DNA of 64,000 bases from an uncultured Gemmatimonadaceae bacterium (GCA_963761305.1 CAVXGK010000002.1:2272001-2336000); one strand, 5' to 3'; shown: positions 33,833 to 44,155, numbered from the stretch's first letter. A program made the numbers and translations. The notes: generated by a model from the sequence alone, not told the origin.

Positions 33833-34246
33833 TCACGGGGGCTCGTGCACGCTCACGGTGCTCTGGTTCAGCACGGGGGCGACCACGAAGTCGATCATTT
33901 GTCCGACCCCGATGCTCAGCGATCCCGTCGACGCCGAGCCGCGGCCGCCGATGGGAATGGCGCGCAGCGAGATCGACTGGCCGACGCTGATCCCCCAGTC
34001 GATCGAGAAGTCGCCCGAGCTGTTGCCGGTCACCGTGCCCAGCCGTCGGTTCAAGCCGCTGACGACGACGAACACGTTCATGTCGAGGAAGTTCTCGTTC
34101 CGCACGTGAACGGCGATCGGATCGGCCTTCTGCTGCGGCTCCTGGTCGTCTTCCGTTTCCGGGTGTCGCACGCAGGCTGACGCAAGCGTCGTCAACAGCA
34201 ACAGCGCGAAAGCGGTCGTGCGAGTCCGAAATTGATATGATGTCAC
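33833..34246 (-). CDS. Hypothetical lipoprotein
   Basis: Lipobox-like LASAC; beta-rich domain (VRNENFLDMNVFVV). Confidence 0.75.
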   Translation of the reverse strand: MTSYQFRTRTTAFALLLLTTLASACVRHPETEDDQEPQQKADPIAVHVRNENFLDMNVFVVVSGLNRRLGTVTGNSSGDFSIDWGISVGQSISLRAIPIGGRGSASTGSLSIGVGQMIDFVVAPVLNQSTVSVHEPP

Positions 34247-34289
34247 AGGTCATCCGGGTGGGTCGGAGACGAAGACGCCGAGCGGTAGG

Positions 34290-35261
34290 TCAGATCTCCC
34301 AGTTGGACAGCACGAGCCCCCGCTCGGGGCGTCGTTCCTCGAACGAATTGAGCGACATGCGCAGATCCGTCCAGCGCACGTGCGCGCCGAGCGCGATCAC
34401 GCGCCGGTACGCCGAACCGAACTCTCCCTGCACGCGAAGCGAAACCCGACGGGTGCCGCTGCGCCGTGCGAGATCGCTCACCGCGCGAAGCAGGTCCTCG
34501 AGCCGCGATTCATCGTCCAGCGCGAGCTTCAACACGCGCAACTCCTCTCGTGCGCGTCCCTCGACCAATGGAGCCGTATGCGCGAGCGCGAAGCCGACCA
34601 GCCGATCGCCGTCGTAGAGCAACACCGTGTCGCCCACCGACAAATCGCTGGTCAACGTGATCTCCCGTGAATAGTCGTACCCCGGAATCAGCCGTTGTAC
34701 CAGGTCCCGGCATTCGGTGAGCGCGTCGTCGCGGGCGCGGGTCGACAGCCGGCCGAACAGCCGCGCGCCGTCGATCGACTGCTGCGCGTCGAGCGTCATG
34801 GTGATGGTGAGACGTCCTGGCAAGAACCCGAGCCGCGAGTAGAAGCCGATGTTGTCCATCGTGCGCGGCATCGTCTCCAGCCCGATGACCGACGCGCGCT
34901 GCGTCTTGAGCCACTCGACGCCCCGCTGCACGATCTCTTTCCCCACTCCGCTGCCCTGATACTCCGTGCGCACGGCGAGCGGTCCCATCCAGCCTTCCGT
35001 CCCCGAACGGTGCACCATGTTGAAGGCGGCGATGTGATCACGCTCGTCGCGCCAGATCATCGCGCCTTCGTCCGCGTCCTCGAGCGCGTAGCGCCAGATG
35101 GACGGATTGAGGAACGGTACTCGCACGCCGACCATGCCGTCGCGCCGATATCGCTCGGTGAACGACTCGCTGAACACCTGATTCAGCTCGGCGACGTCGT
35201 CGAGCGTCGCACGGGTCGGGCCGTCGAACGCCTGCGGGCGCCACGCGCGTGAGGTCGCCAT
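34290..35261 (-). CDS. GNAT N-acetyltransferase (probably tandem GNAT)
   Basis: PLAVRTEYQGSGVG acetyl-CoA motif, NIGFYSRLGF; TGATG coupling to rad50/sbcC. Confidence 0.85.
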   Translation of the reverse strand: MATSRAWRPQAFDGPTRATLDDVAELNQVFSESFTERYRRDGMVGVRVPFLNPSIWRYALEDADEGAMIWRDERDHIAAFNMVHRSGTEGWMGPLAVRTEYQGSGVGKEIVQRGVEWLKTQRASVIGLETMPRTMDNIGFYSRLGFLPGRLTITMTLDAQQSIDGARLFGRLSTRARDDALTECRDLVQRLIPGYDYSREITLTSDLSVGDTVLLYDGDRLVGFALAHTAPLVEGRAREELRVLKLALDDESRLEDLLRAVSDLARRSGTRRVSLRVQGEFGSAYRRVIALGAHVRWTDLRMSLNSFEERRPERGLVLSNWEI

Positions 35262-37711
35262 CAGTCGGCCGCTCCTGCGTGCAGGGCGAGTACCGGATCG
35301 CCTTCGTGCGGCGATTCCGCACCGATTCGCGACGTGCCGGCTTCGTCGTCGTAGCTCACCGTGATCACGCGATCGACCGGCGCCTCGCGAACCGATTCGA
35401 CGTGCGTGATGAGAATGATCTGCTCGAATCTGTCGTGCAGCCGTTGGAGCAGGCCCACGACGTTCTGGCGTCGCGTCTCGTCGAGCGAGCCGAAGACCTC
35501 GTCGAGGACGAGCAGTGAAAACGTCTGACCGGCGCGTTCGGCGATCATCTCTGAAATTGCCAGGCGGAGTACGAGATTGGCGAGGTCCTCTTCGCCACCG
35601 GAGATGACGGGTTTGGGGATTCCGTCCTCGAGCAGAACGATGCCGTACGCGTCGTCGAGCTCGAATTCAGTGTACCGACCGTCCGTCAACTCGCGAATGT
35701 AGCGGCTCGCGAGATCCGAGATCTCCGGACGCATCGCCACGTTGAGCTCGGTGCGGATGTCGGAGAACGCGCGATCGAGCTCCTCGTGCAATCGGCGGTC
35801 GCGTCCGAGCACGACGAGCCGCTCCTCGCTGCGCGCCAGCTCGGCGCGCGCGTGCTCCGCCGCCGTGAGGGCCGCGCTCGCCGCCGAAAACTCCGTCTCC
35901 GCCCCCACCGCGGCCAGCTCGGCCGCGCGAAGCTCGGCCTCGGCCGTCTCGAATCGCTCGCGAAGCGCGGCGAACGAATCCTCGGAGAATCCGAGCGTCG
36001 CGATCTGACGCGCGACTTCGGCGCGCCTCTTCTGCGCCTGATCCAGCCGCGTACGAACGGTCGTCCGCTCTTCGACGAGCAGCGGCTCGCGCTCGAGCTG
36101 CGCGGCCAGCTTGGCCGCGCGCGCCGCGAGCGGCGCGAGTCGTTCCGCCGTCGCGCGGACCTCGGTGTGACGCGCCTGGTCGTAGCTGACGGCCAATCCG
36201 GCGAGCTCGCGCGAGACGGCAACGTGTCGCTCCGCCTTCGCGGTCAGATCGACGCTGATCGTCGACAACACGCGCAGTCCGCCCTGAATTTCGGCGACGC
36301 GCCGCTCGAGCTTGCCCGCTTCTTCCATCAGCTCGCGCCGGCCCTCACCGAGCGCGGTGATCTCCGGCGGCGTCGTGGCGAGTTGGTCGATGCGCGCGCG
36401 AAAGTATTTGCCGTCGACGGTGATCGTCTCGATCTGGTTGTCGAGCACGTCGAGCACCGAACGGAAGTGCGTGCCGAGCGGCCGAGCACAGATTGGGCAG
36501 ATTCCGCCTTCGCCCAGCTCGACGATCTGGTCGCGCTGCGCGCGCACGTCCTTGATCTGTTCGATGAGCGCTTGCCGCTTCGTTTCCGCTTCCTGCTTGT
36601 CGCGGACCCAGTCGGTTTGCGCCGACTCGAGCGCGCGCTGAGTCGTTTCGAGCGTCTCGCGTGTCTGAGTGAGCAAGGCGGCGACTTCCGTCCCGAGCGC
36701 CGACGTGACGTCGATCTTCGCCGCGCGCTCGCGAAGCTGCGCGATGTCCTTCGCCAGCGTCGATTCCGTCTCGGTGAGCGTCCGCTTGCGACCCGCCTCG
36801 GCCGCGCTGCGGTCGAGCTCCTTTAGCTCGGCTTCCAACGCGGGCAACGGCGCGAGTTCTCGCTTCGCGCGATCCAACTCGGCGCGCGCGGTGGCCGCGT
36901 CGCCGAGTTCTTTATCGATCCGAGCGATGTCGCGCTCGGTCGACGAAAGCTCGCCGTCGGCGACGCGCGACTCGGCAGCGAGTGCCTGCGAGCGCTCGCG
37001 ATCGCGCTTCATCGCGTCCCAGCGCGGCGTCATTTCTTCCATGGTGCGACGCGCCGCGGTGCGCCGGAGTCCCGCCGCGTTCGCCTTGCGCTTGCTGTCG
37101 GCGATGCGCGTCTTGGCGTCGGCGAGCGAGCGCTGGACGACCTCGGGATCAGCCATTCCCGTTTTGAGACCGGTCGCTTCGGCGACGAGCGTCTTGCGTC
37201 GGTCACGCGCGAAGCCCTGCGCCGTGCGAAGCCGCTCGTAGCCGAGCACGCGCGAAAGGAATTGGCCGCGCTCGTTCGGGCCCATCGCGGCCATCACGCT
37301 CAGTTCCTTCTGCCCCGTGAAGTACGTGTGGAAGAACTCCTCGTGGCTCATACCGAGCCGGCGGCGGAGCACGTCCGTCACGGCGGAGATCGACGTCGCG
37401 ATCGGCGAGCTGGCGCCGTCGAGATACAACTCGGCGTTGGTCAGCCCGCGCGAAACGAGGTATCGATGTGCGCCGAGCTCGAATTCGAGGTCGACTTTGA
37501 CCACGGCGCGCGGTCCCGCGCGGTACGATCGGATGGAATCGCGCGTGCCGCGCGCCGCGGGCGTGCCGTAGAGCGCCCAGGCGATCGCCTCGAGGATCGT
37601 CGACTTGCCGGAGCCGTTCGGTCCGATGATCCCGGTGATTCCCGACGTGAAGTCGAGATGCGTGTCGATGTGCTGCCGGAAATTCGTGAGGTGCAGACTG
37701 TTCAGTCGCAT
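35261..37711 (-). CDS. sbcC: Rad50/SbcC SMC-like ATPase
   Basis: NFRQH, GPNGSGKST, coiled coils, CPIC zinc hook, ISGGE, LDEVFGSLD, ITH; 816 aa. Confidence 0.92.
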   Translation of the reverse strand: MRLNSLHLTNFRQHIDTHLDFTSGITGIIGPNGSGKSTILEAIAWALYGTPAARGTRDSIRSYRAGPRAVVKVDLEFELGAHRYLVSRGLTNAELYLDGASSPIATSISAVTDVLRRRLGMSHEEFFHTYFTGQKELSVMAAMGPNERGQFLSRVLGYERLRTAQGFARDRRKTLVAEATGLKTGMADPEVVQRSLADAKTRIADSKRKANAAGLRRTAARRTMEEMTPRWDAMKRDRERSQALAAESRVADGELSSTERDIARIDKELGDAATARAELDRAKRELAPLPALEAELKELDRSAAEAGRKRTLTETESTLAKDIAQLRERAAKIDVTSALGTEVAALLTQTRETLETTQRALESAQTDWVRDKQEAETKRQALIEQIKDVRAQRDQIVELGEGGICPICARPLGTHFRSVLDVLDNQIETITVDGKYFRARIDQLATTPPEITALGEGRRELMEEAGKLERRVAEIQGGLRVLSTISVDLTAKAERHVAVSRELAGLAVSYDQARHTEVRATAERLAPLAARAAKLAAQLEREPLLVEERTTVRTRLDQAQKRRAEVARQIATLGFSEDSFAALRERFETAEAELRAAELAAVGAETEFSAASAALTAAEHARAELARSEERLVVLGRDRRLHEELDRAFSDIRTELNVAMRPEISDLASRYIRELTDGRYTEFELDDAYGIVLLEDGIPKPVISGGEEDLANLVLRLAISEMIAERAGQTFSLLVLDEVFGSLDETRRQNVVGLLQRLHDRFEQIILITHVESVREAPVDRVITVSYDDEAGTSRIGAESPHEGDPVLALHAGAAD

Positions 37712-37712
37712 C

Positions 37713-38903
37713 TCACGCCTCGATCGGTGCCGGCGGCGTCGACACGACGGCCGCGATCTGTGCTTCGTCGAGGTACGCGATCGCGCGCTCGATGAGCGCC
37801 TCGCGATCGATGTCGGCGTCGATCGGACGCGCCGAGAGTTGTTCGCGCACCAGCTCGTTGAGCGACGGACGACGAACCGGCGCACCCGACGCGGTCACGC
37901 GGCTCAACTCGGGGCGACGCAGGTCGAGCTGGAAGCTGAGCGCCCGGCGCTTGTACTCGCGGATTGCTTTGTGATCCAGCTCACGCGCGACGTGTCTCGG
38001 AATGTCCCACAACGTGAGCCGCACGATCTTGTCGTCGATCCCGCCCACGCACGCGTCGACGATCGCGCGAATACGGTGGTCGATGTCGGCGGCGACGAGA
38101 TTGCGCGCGTTGATCTGCGGCAAGTTGATCAGCGGCCGCGACGGCAGAAGCGGATGGAACGTCTGCTCGCCGGTGATGAGATTTCGCTCGACGAATCCCT
38201 TGCCGTGGACGCCGCCGTCGTGTTCCTCGCGTTGCTCGCCCCACGTGTCCAGGCTGGTGTAGTCGATCGAACCGCTGTAGAAGGCGTTCGGCAGGATTTC
38301 GCGGTAGACGTGACAGTCGCCAAGCGCGATATAGTCCCAACCGGGAACCGTCAGCTCGGAGCGTGACACTTCGACAGGCGGCCTGTTCCAGGCCATTTCG
38401 TCTGTCACGCCCTCGATCCCGCAATGCATCGCGAGAACGTTGAAACGGGCGTTCGCATCGGGCGTGAACGACGGCTTCACGAGTCCGGGAACGCCCGGCA
38501 CCGCCAGCACCGACAAGTCGTGAGTCGGAAACGACAGCCGCCTGGGCTCGCGATCCACGACGTCCAGACCGAGTTGCGCAAAGAGCTGGAGGATGCCGCC
38601 CGTCTCGCTCGTGCGAGGTGTGTCGTGGTTGCCGGCGACGAGGACGATCGCCGATTCGGGCAGCGCCGTGACGAGGCGGCTGAACTGGAGGAAGGCGTGG
38701 ACGATCGCCTGATTCGAGGGGCGGACGTTGTGAAAGACGTCGCCCGCTACCACCACCAGCTCGGGCCTCAGCTCGATGACATGGTCGACAGCCACGCGGA
38801 ACGTGGCGGCCACATCGGCTTCGCGCTGGTTGACCCCGGTTGGCGTCAGCCGCTGATACTGCCGGTAACCGAGGTGAAGATCGGAGAGGTGAACCAGGCG
38901 CAT
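37713..38903 (-). CDS. sbcD: Mre11/SbcD metallophosphoesterase nuclease
   Basis: SDLHLG, AGDVF, GNHD, ALGDCH, YSGS. Confidence 0.9.
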   Translation of the reverse strand: MRLVHLSDLHLGYRQYQRLTPTGVNQREADVAATFRVAVDHVIELRPELVVVAGDVFHNVRPSNQAIVHAFLQFSRLVTALPESAIVLVAGNHDTPRTSETGGILQLFAQLGLDVVDREPRRLSFPTHDLSVLAVPGVPGLVKPSFTPDANARFNVLAMHCGIEGVTDEMAWNRPPVEVSRSELTVPGWDYIALGDCHVYREILPNAFYSGSIDYTSLDTWGEQREEHDGGVHGKGFVERNLITGEQTFHPLLPSRPLINLPQINARNLVAADIDHRIRAIVDACVGGIDDKIVRLTLWDIPRHVARELDHKAIREYKRRALSFQLDLRRPELSRVTASGAPVRRPSLNELVREQLSARPIDADIDREALIERAIAYLDEAQIAAVVSTPPAPIEA

Positions 38904-38926
38904 GCGGCGGGGAGCGTTGAGGGAAT

Positions 38927-39769
38927 CTAACGCTCCCGGCGATCCGCCGTGCGCATGTGTTGGGTGATCCGCATCTGCATTTGCTGCGCGGCAGCCGCCG
39001 GCGGCGTGCTCACCGACGTCATGACGACGACGTTGAACCAGGATTCGCTCAGCCAACCCCGCCGGCGGTCGAGCACCATGGTGCCGCGCACCGTTCCCTT
39101 TTCGAGAATTGCTTGCGACGCCGACCCCGGTCCGATGGCCGGCTGCATCTCGCCGCGCATCGAGACGTATGCGAGGTCGCCGCCGTGCGTGACCGAATCG
39201 AGTTTGAGCGTCACGTGCAACATGCCCGAGAGCTGCGCGCCCAACTGCGTACCCGCCGGCAGCGGCATCTCGCGCATCCAGCTATCGCCCACTTTGATGG
39301 GACCTTTGGGGAACGTCGCCGGCATCAACGACACGACGTGCGCGACCTCACGAGGCGCGCCCGACCCCGGCGCCATCGCCAGCAACCCCTCCGGCGTGAC
39401 GCGAAATCGTGCCCGCTGCCCGCGAAGCTGCGCCTCCATCTGGTGGGCCGCGCCGAGTCCGCGCTGATCCGTGGTCCACAGCCGCACCGAGTCGGTGACC
39501 GCGAGGATGGCCGTCTCTTCGTTCGACTCGCCCTCGATGATGGCGCGCGAGAACATGGCCATCGTCGTGACGAGGCTGCCCGGGCCGACGCCCGTTCGCG
39601 TCACCGCACCGCCGCTGTAGTCGGTCTCCTGGTCGAGACGCATGCGAAGCGTGTCGCCGGCGCGCGGCCGGATCTGGAGCAACAGATCCTGCGCCATCGC
39701 ACTGTGATGGACCGACGCGACCGCGAAGAGCCCGACGCTTGCGCCGATCCGGACCTGCCGCGGAAACAT
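38927..39769 (-). CDS. Hypothetical secreted beta-rich protein
   Basis: Signal-like N-terminus ending SAMA|Q; FPKGPIKVGDSW motif reminiscent of DUF6263. Confidence 0.7.
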   Translation of the reverse strand: MFPRQVRIGASVGLFAVASVHHSAMAQDLLLQIRPRAGDTLRMRLDQETDYSGGAVTRTGVGPGSLVTTMAMFSRAIIEGESNEETAILAVTDSVRLWTTDQRGLGAAHQMEAQLRGQRARFRVTPEGLLAMAPGSGAPREVAHVVSLMPATFPKGPIKVGDSWMREMPLPAGTQLGAQLSGMLHVTLKLDSVTHGGDLAYVSMRGEMQPAIGPGSASQAILEKGTVRGTMVLDRRRGWLSESWFNVVVMTSVSTPPAAAAQQMQMRITQHMRTADRRER

Positions 39770-39777
39770 TCGAAGAC

Positions 39778-41751
39778 TCAGAAGCCGTACGGGTCGTCGG
39801 CCGGCGCCGAGCGAATCGCCGCGGCCGGTTGTCGGTCCGGGGATGCGGGCTGTGCCGACACGATGGGCTTGAGCTGCGACTGGAAGAACTTCTTCACGTC
39901 GGCGGGCCGTTCGCGCATCGTGGCGTTCTTCGCCCGAATCACTTCCTCGTCGTCGCGAATGCCGATCGCGTCGCGGACCCAGTTCAGCGTGATCGACGGA
40001 TCGAGCGAACGCAGGTTGCGCAGCACGGCGGCGTCGAGATCCACGTCGACCGACTGGGGATACTTCTCGATTCCGTCGCGCCCGCGCATGATCGCCGGCC
40101 GCGGGAACCGCACGAAAATCGGCTGCGTGAAATGCGGATGCCGCACCATCAGCTGCCCCTTCTCCAACGTGGCGAGCTTCGTCTTCACGGCTTGACTCAG
40201 CACGGCGTAGCCAGGCGTCGCCAGCTCGTCGGCGTCCATGCGGCCGAACAGCGCCGTCCCGGAATTCCCCACGACGCGACGGTGCACTTGCGAACGGAAC
40301 TGTTGCGCGCCGAACAGCACGAGGCCGAGGTACCGGCCGCGTTCCGCGAGATCGAGCAGCATCTTCCGTACATAGGTGTCTTGTCCATCGTTCGGCGCGT
40401 ACTTGTTCAGCTCGTCGACGAACACGATGACGTGGTTCACGCCGAGGTCGCGCTTCTCGAGGTGCTCCCGAAGGCGAGTCACGACGCGCGCGAAGATCAA
40501 GTCCTGCGCGTCTTCCTCGAGGGAGGCGACGTCGATCACGTACACCGTGCGGTCCTGAAAGCTCCCGAACGGCAAGTCGCTGACCGTTCCGGCATCGGTG
40601 ACTAGTCCGGCGCACCGGGTCGAAATATTGGTAAGCCGGTTCCGAACCTTGCGAATCGTCGCCACATGGTGCGTTCGCCACCCCTCGTTGCCCTTGTTCT
40701 CCATCGCCGACAGCAGGTCGCGGAACCACATCTCGAGATCGGCGAACGAGCGGACGAGGTAGCGCTTGTTGCCGAGCAGCGGATCGGCGAAATCGCGATC
40801 GACGATCCGCTCGCGAATGAAATCGATCAGCGCGTCGGCCTTGGCGTCGACGTCGTCCTTGTTGAGCAGCACTTCGGCGTATTGCAGCACCTCGCGCAGT
40901 CCCCATGTGAGCGGCGTCACATTGTGCGTCAGCTCGTCGTTGGACCGCAGCGTGTTGAGCGAGAAGCCGTCGGACTTGAACGGCGCGAAATACTGGACGT
41001 TCTCGAACGGCGTCGCCGGCACGCCGCATTTCTCGTACAGGGCAGCGTCGCGCTCGTCGATCGGACCCGGCTGGTCGAGAAAGCACAGGTCCGGCCCTTT
41101 CACGTTGAAGCACACGGCCGCGATCGAGCCCTTCTGCTCGGGGAAATGCGTGAAGATCGAGCCCATGATCCACTCGATCGCGCTCGTCTTCGTCGCGAGA
41201 CCGGACACGCCGGTGATGTTGAGATGCGCCGCCTCCGGCCCGATCAGAAAATCGGCGTCGAGATAGATCGGTGCGTCCGTGCCGCCGGCGTGGTACACAC
41301 CGATCGGAATGCCGGTGCGCGCGCCGTCGCGGAGATACGCGTCCATGCGCAGCGCCACTTCGACATCGTCGTCGCCGGCGAGAAACACCTGCCCCATCCC
41401 CACCGGTTGCAACGGTTCTTCGGGGACCTGTCGGAGCACCGCCGCCGTGTACAACCGGATCTCCGCTCGGCGTGTGGCGGCGAGCGATGCCGACGTCGGC
41501 GCGCCGTCGTGGCCGAGGACGTCGTGCAGCGGCGTGGCGAGATCGGTGTAGCTCAGCCCTTCGACGACGACGCCGTAGATCTGCGGAATCTGGCCGTTCA
41601 CTGGCGCGTCGCCTTCGACGCGCACGATCGTCCCGATGCCGACCGGCGAATCGAGCGCCGTCCAGAAATGGAATTCGTGCGGCGTGTTCGGCTTGCGTTC
41701 AGTCGCGACCACGCGACCGAGTGGGGAAGACGTTGATTCGTTGGCCGTCAC
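39778..41751 (-). CDS. herA: HerA ATPase (bacterial type)
   Basis: N-terminal HAS-barrel-like region, HLNITGVSGLATKTS Walker A variant, FNVKG, FVDELNKYAP, ERGRYLG...AQQ. Confidence 0.85.
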   Translation of the reverse strand: MTANESTSSPLGRVVATERKPNTPHEFHFWTALDSPVGIGTIVRVEGDAPVNGQIPQIYGVVVEGLSYTDLATPLHDVLGHDGAPTSASLAATRRAEIRLYTAAVLRQVPEEPLQPVGMGQVFLAGDDDVEVALRMDAYLRDGARTGIPIGVYHAGGTDAPIYLDADFLIGPEAAHLNITGVSGLATKTSAIEWIMGSIFTHFPEQKGSIAAVCFNVKGPDLCFLDQPGPIDERDAALYEKCGVPATPFENVQYFAPFKSDGFSLNTLRSNDELTHNVTPLTWGLREVLQYAEVLLNKDDVDAKADALIDFIRERIVDRDFADPLLGNKRYLVRSFADLEMWFRDLLSAMENKGNEGWRTHHVATIRKVRNRLTNISTRCAGLVTDAGTVSDLPFGSFQDRTVYVIDVASLEEDAQDLIFARVVTRLREHLEKRDLGVNHVIVFVDELNKYAPNDGQDTYVRKMLLDLAERGRYLGLVLFGAQQFRSQVHRRVVGNSGTALFGRMDADELATPGYAVLSQAVKTKLATLEKGQLMVRHPHFTQPIFVRFPRPAIMRGRDGIEKYPQSVDVDLDAAVLRNLRSLDPSITLNWVRDAIGIRDDEEVIRAKNATMRERPADVKKFFQSQLKPIVSAQPASPDRQPAAAIRSAPADDPYGF

Positions 41752-42749
41752 GTCACCGCTCGCAGAAACTCTTCACAGTCGCGAACTCCGTAGACCATCT
41801 TGTCCCAGCGCGCGTCCGGCAGCGCGACCGGCGACGCCTCGGCGAGAATCCACCGGGAAACTTCGTCGGCGCGCGCACCGATGTCATCCTCACGCGCTTT
41901 GTCGCGCGGCGACACCTCCACGCGAACCAGACCCCACATCGGATCGTGGCCGGCGCGGTCCCGGAGCCGAAGATACCAGCTCGCCACGGGCGCGCGTTTC
42001 TCCGGCGAGATGGAAAAGACGCTCGTGCGCTCACCTGCCTCGAGGCCGAGCGCGACTCTGAGCGCGTCGCCCTGCACGTACAACGTGCGATGGCTCTTCA
42101 CGACGCCGATCGCGCAGGCCGACCGGGCGATCGGCTGCGCCGCGCTGATGCCGCCGTCGATCAGCAGCGGCCGCGTTTCAGACGCGCACCATTCCTTCGC
42201 CAGCGCATGCTCGAGCGACTCGCGGTCGTTTCGCACAAGGTTCCGCGCCAGCTCGCGCAGGGCGATGGGATGCTCGGTCGCGTCGGCCACGCCATCCGTC
42301 GTGTCGCGCGCGCGGACGCCGCTCGCGTCGAGCGCCCGCCGGTCCGATGCGCTCAGGAATCGCGTGGGAACGTAGATGCGCTGATCGACGGCGTGCTTCC
42401 ACGTGAACATCCGCCGATCTCGGCGCTCGCGAATGACTGCCCCGATGATCCCCGCCACGATCGGCACGCCGCCCGCACGGTACATCTTCACCGCGCTCTC
42501 TTGACGCCCGTCGAGAAACGCGGCAAACGCTACCTCCGGCGAGCCCGTTACCGCGATCGCGCGCACCTCGCGCCCCTCGATCACCGTCGCCTGCGCGAGC
42601 CTGGGCGGGTCCGACGCCTCGGCCGTGAACTCGAGCGGCGCTTCACCTTCGACGGGTTCGCCATCGGGAAAGATCGTCGCCAGCCACCGGCCGATCGTGT
42701 GGTCCGGACGCACGGAGGGCGGCTCCGTGGTCACGCCGGTGCTCGTCAC
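41748..42749 (-). CDS. nurA: NurA-like 5'-3' nuclease
   Basis: AFLDG, LLIDG, GVVKSH, GERTSVF, SWYLRL, DARWD...E; stop overlaps herA start. Confidence 0.75.
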   Translation of the reverse strand: MTSTGVTTEPPSVRPDHTIGRWLATIFPDGEPVEGEAPLEFTAEASDPPRLAQATVIEGREVRAIAVTGSPEVAFAAFLDGRQESAVKMYRAGGVPIVAGIIGAVIRERRDRRMFTWKHAVDQRIYVPTRFLSASDRRALDASGVRARDTTDGVADATEHPIALRELARNLVRNDRESLEHALAKEWCASETRPLLIDGGISAAQPIARSACAIGVVKSHRTLYVQGDALRVALGLEAGERTSVFSISPEKRAPVASWYLRLRDRAGHDPMWGLVRVEVSPRDKAREDDIGARADEVSRWILAEASPVALPDARWDKMVYGVRDCEEFLRAVT

Positions 42750-43507
42750 GAACCCACCCGACCCGCGAGCACGATCACCGGCCACACGATCCGCCGCGGC
42801 GTCTCCTCGGGCCACAGCGCGCGCAGCTCCGCTTCGGCACCGAGCACCGGATCGGTTCCAACTGCTTTGATGTAACGCGCGGTCGCCGACATGCTCCGCA
42901 TGTAGCCCACGATCTGCGGCAGCGTCCAGTCGTTCTCCAACGAAAACGGCGGCGCGGCGATTCGCTCGAAGGGAAACGGAATGGTGCGGTACTCGGTGTC
43001 GACGTACTTCCGCTCCGGCGGCCAGTATGGACCCACGTCGCCGTACATGTACCTGTGCAGCACCGCGCCGACGTCGCCGTCCATGCTCGGCGCCGCGTAC
43101 GTCCACGCGACGATCGGCGCGTCCGGTCCGCTTGCGACGCGCCGGACCTCCGAGAAAAAGGCGTCGTTCGCGAACCAGTGCAGCGCTTGCGCGACGGCCA
43201 CCGCGTCGATCGACCTCGAGCGGATCGCCGTTCGCTCGGCGGAGCAGGCAGCCCAACCGGTTCGCGACTCCTTCGGCGCCCGGGCAATCTGTTCGGCGCT
43301 GAGATCGGTGCCGACCACGAACTCGAAATGGCGCGCGATGTCGCTCGTCGCCTGGCCGGATCCGGCGCCGCAGTCCCACGCCACTCGCCGACGCGGCGCG
43401 ACGGACGCGAAGAACTCCACGAGCGCGGCCGGGTAGCGCGGGCGAAACGCGGAGTACGCTGCGGAAACTGACGAGAAGTGGTCGGCCGGAGGGCTCGCGC
43501 CGCTCAC
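42746..43507 (-). CDS. Class I SAM-dependent methyltransferase
   Basis: DHFS...Y..FRP.YP, WDCGAGSGQ, AQALHWF. Confidence 0.88.
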   Translation of the reverse strand: MSGASPPADHFSSVSAAYSAFRPRYPAALVEFFASVAPRRRVAWDCGAGSGQATSDIARHFEFVVGTDLSAEQIARAPKESRTGWAACSAERTAIRSRSIDAVAVAQALHWFANDAFFSEVRRVASGPDAPIVAWTYAAPSMDGDVGAVLHRYMYGDVGPYWPPERKYVDTEYRTIPFPFERIAAPPFSLENDWTLPQIVGYMRSMSATARYIKAVGTDPVLGAEAELRALWPEETPRRIVWPVIVLAGRVGS

Positions 43508-44133
43508 CGCACGACCGCGACCGCGACGCCGTCGTGCGTCGGGACGATGATGCCGAGCACGCGCGGATCGCTCGCCAGGCGGCGATTGAACTCGCGCACG
43601 GCACGCGTCCGGTCGTCGGTCTCGTCCTGCTCGTACACGCGACCGCCCCACAGGGCGTTGTCGGCGATGATCAACCCGCCCGGCCGCACGAGTCGCAGCG
43701 CCCAGTCGAGATACGTCGGCAGCGGCTCCTTGTCGGCGTCGAGGAAAATCGCGTCGTACCGCTCGCCGTCGAGCGACGGCAGCACGTCGAGCGCGCGGCC
43801 GACCTTCACTTCGATGCGATCCGACATTCCCGCGCGTTCGATGTATCGGCGCGCGAACTCGGCGTGCTTGCTCTCGATCTCGATCGTGAGCAAACGTCCC
43901 CCCGGTGGCAGCGACCGCGCCATGCAGATGGCCGAGTAGCCGCCGAGCGTTCCGACCTCGAGTACACGTCGCGCGCCGATCGACGTCAGCAGAACTTGCA
44001 GCAGACGTCCTTCGTCGGCCGAGATCGCGATCGGTGGAAGGCCGGTGCGGTCGGCCTCCTCACGCAGCGCGGCGAGAAGCTCGTCCTCGGCGCTGAACAA
44101 CCCAGCGATGTAGTCTCCGGCGCGATCTGACAT
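43504..44133 (-). CDS. O-methyltransferase (family 3)
   Basis: LEVGTLGGYS, FLDADK, IADN. Confidence 0.92.
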   Translation of the reverse strand: MSDRAGDYIAGLFSAEDELLAALREEADRTGLPPIAISADEGRLLQVLLTSIGARRVLEVGTLGGYSAICMARSLPPGGRLLTIEIESKHAEFARRYIERAGMSDRIEVKVGRALDVLPSLDGERYDAIFLDADKEPLPTYLDWALRLVRPGGLIIADNALWGGRVYEQDETDDRTRAVREFNRRLASDPRVLGIIVPTHDGVAVAVVR

Positions 44134-44155
44134 CGTAGCGATAGTGAGTCGTCGT

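Noticed and set aside
38305..38335. Mre11/SbcD motif V reading GDCH as evidence of inactivation
   Set aside because: Asp-containing variants (GDxH) occur in this nuclease family and the other motifs are intact
39778..42749. HerA as part of an anti-phage system (Sir2-HerA, DUF4297-HerA)
   Set aside because: Partner is NurA-like and the context is Mre11/Rad50 plus housekeeping genes with no obvious compositional shift, which fits DNA repair better
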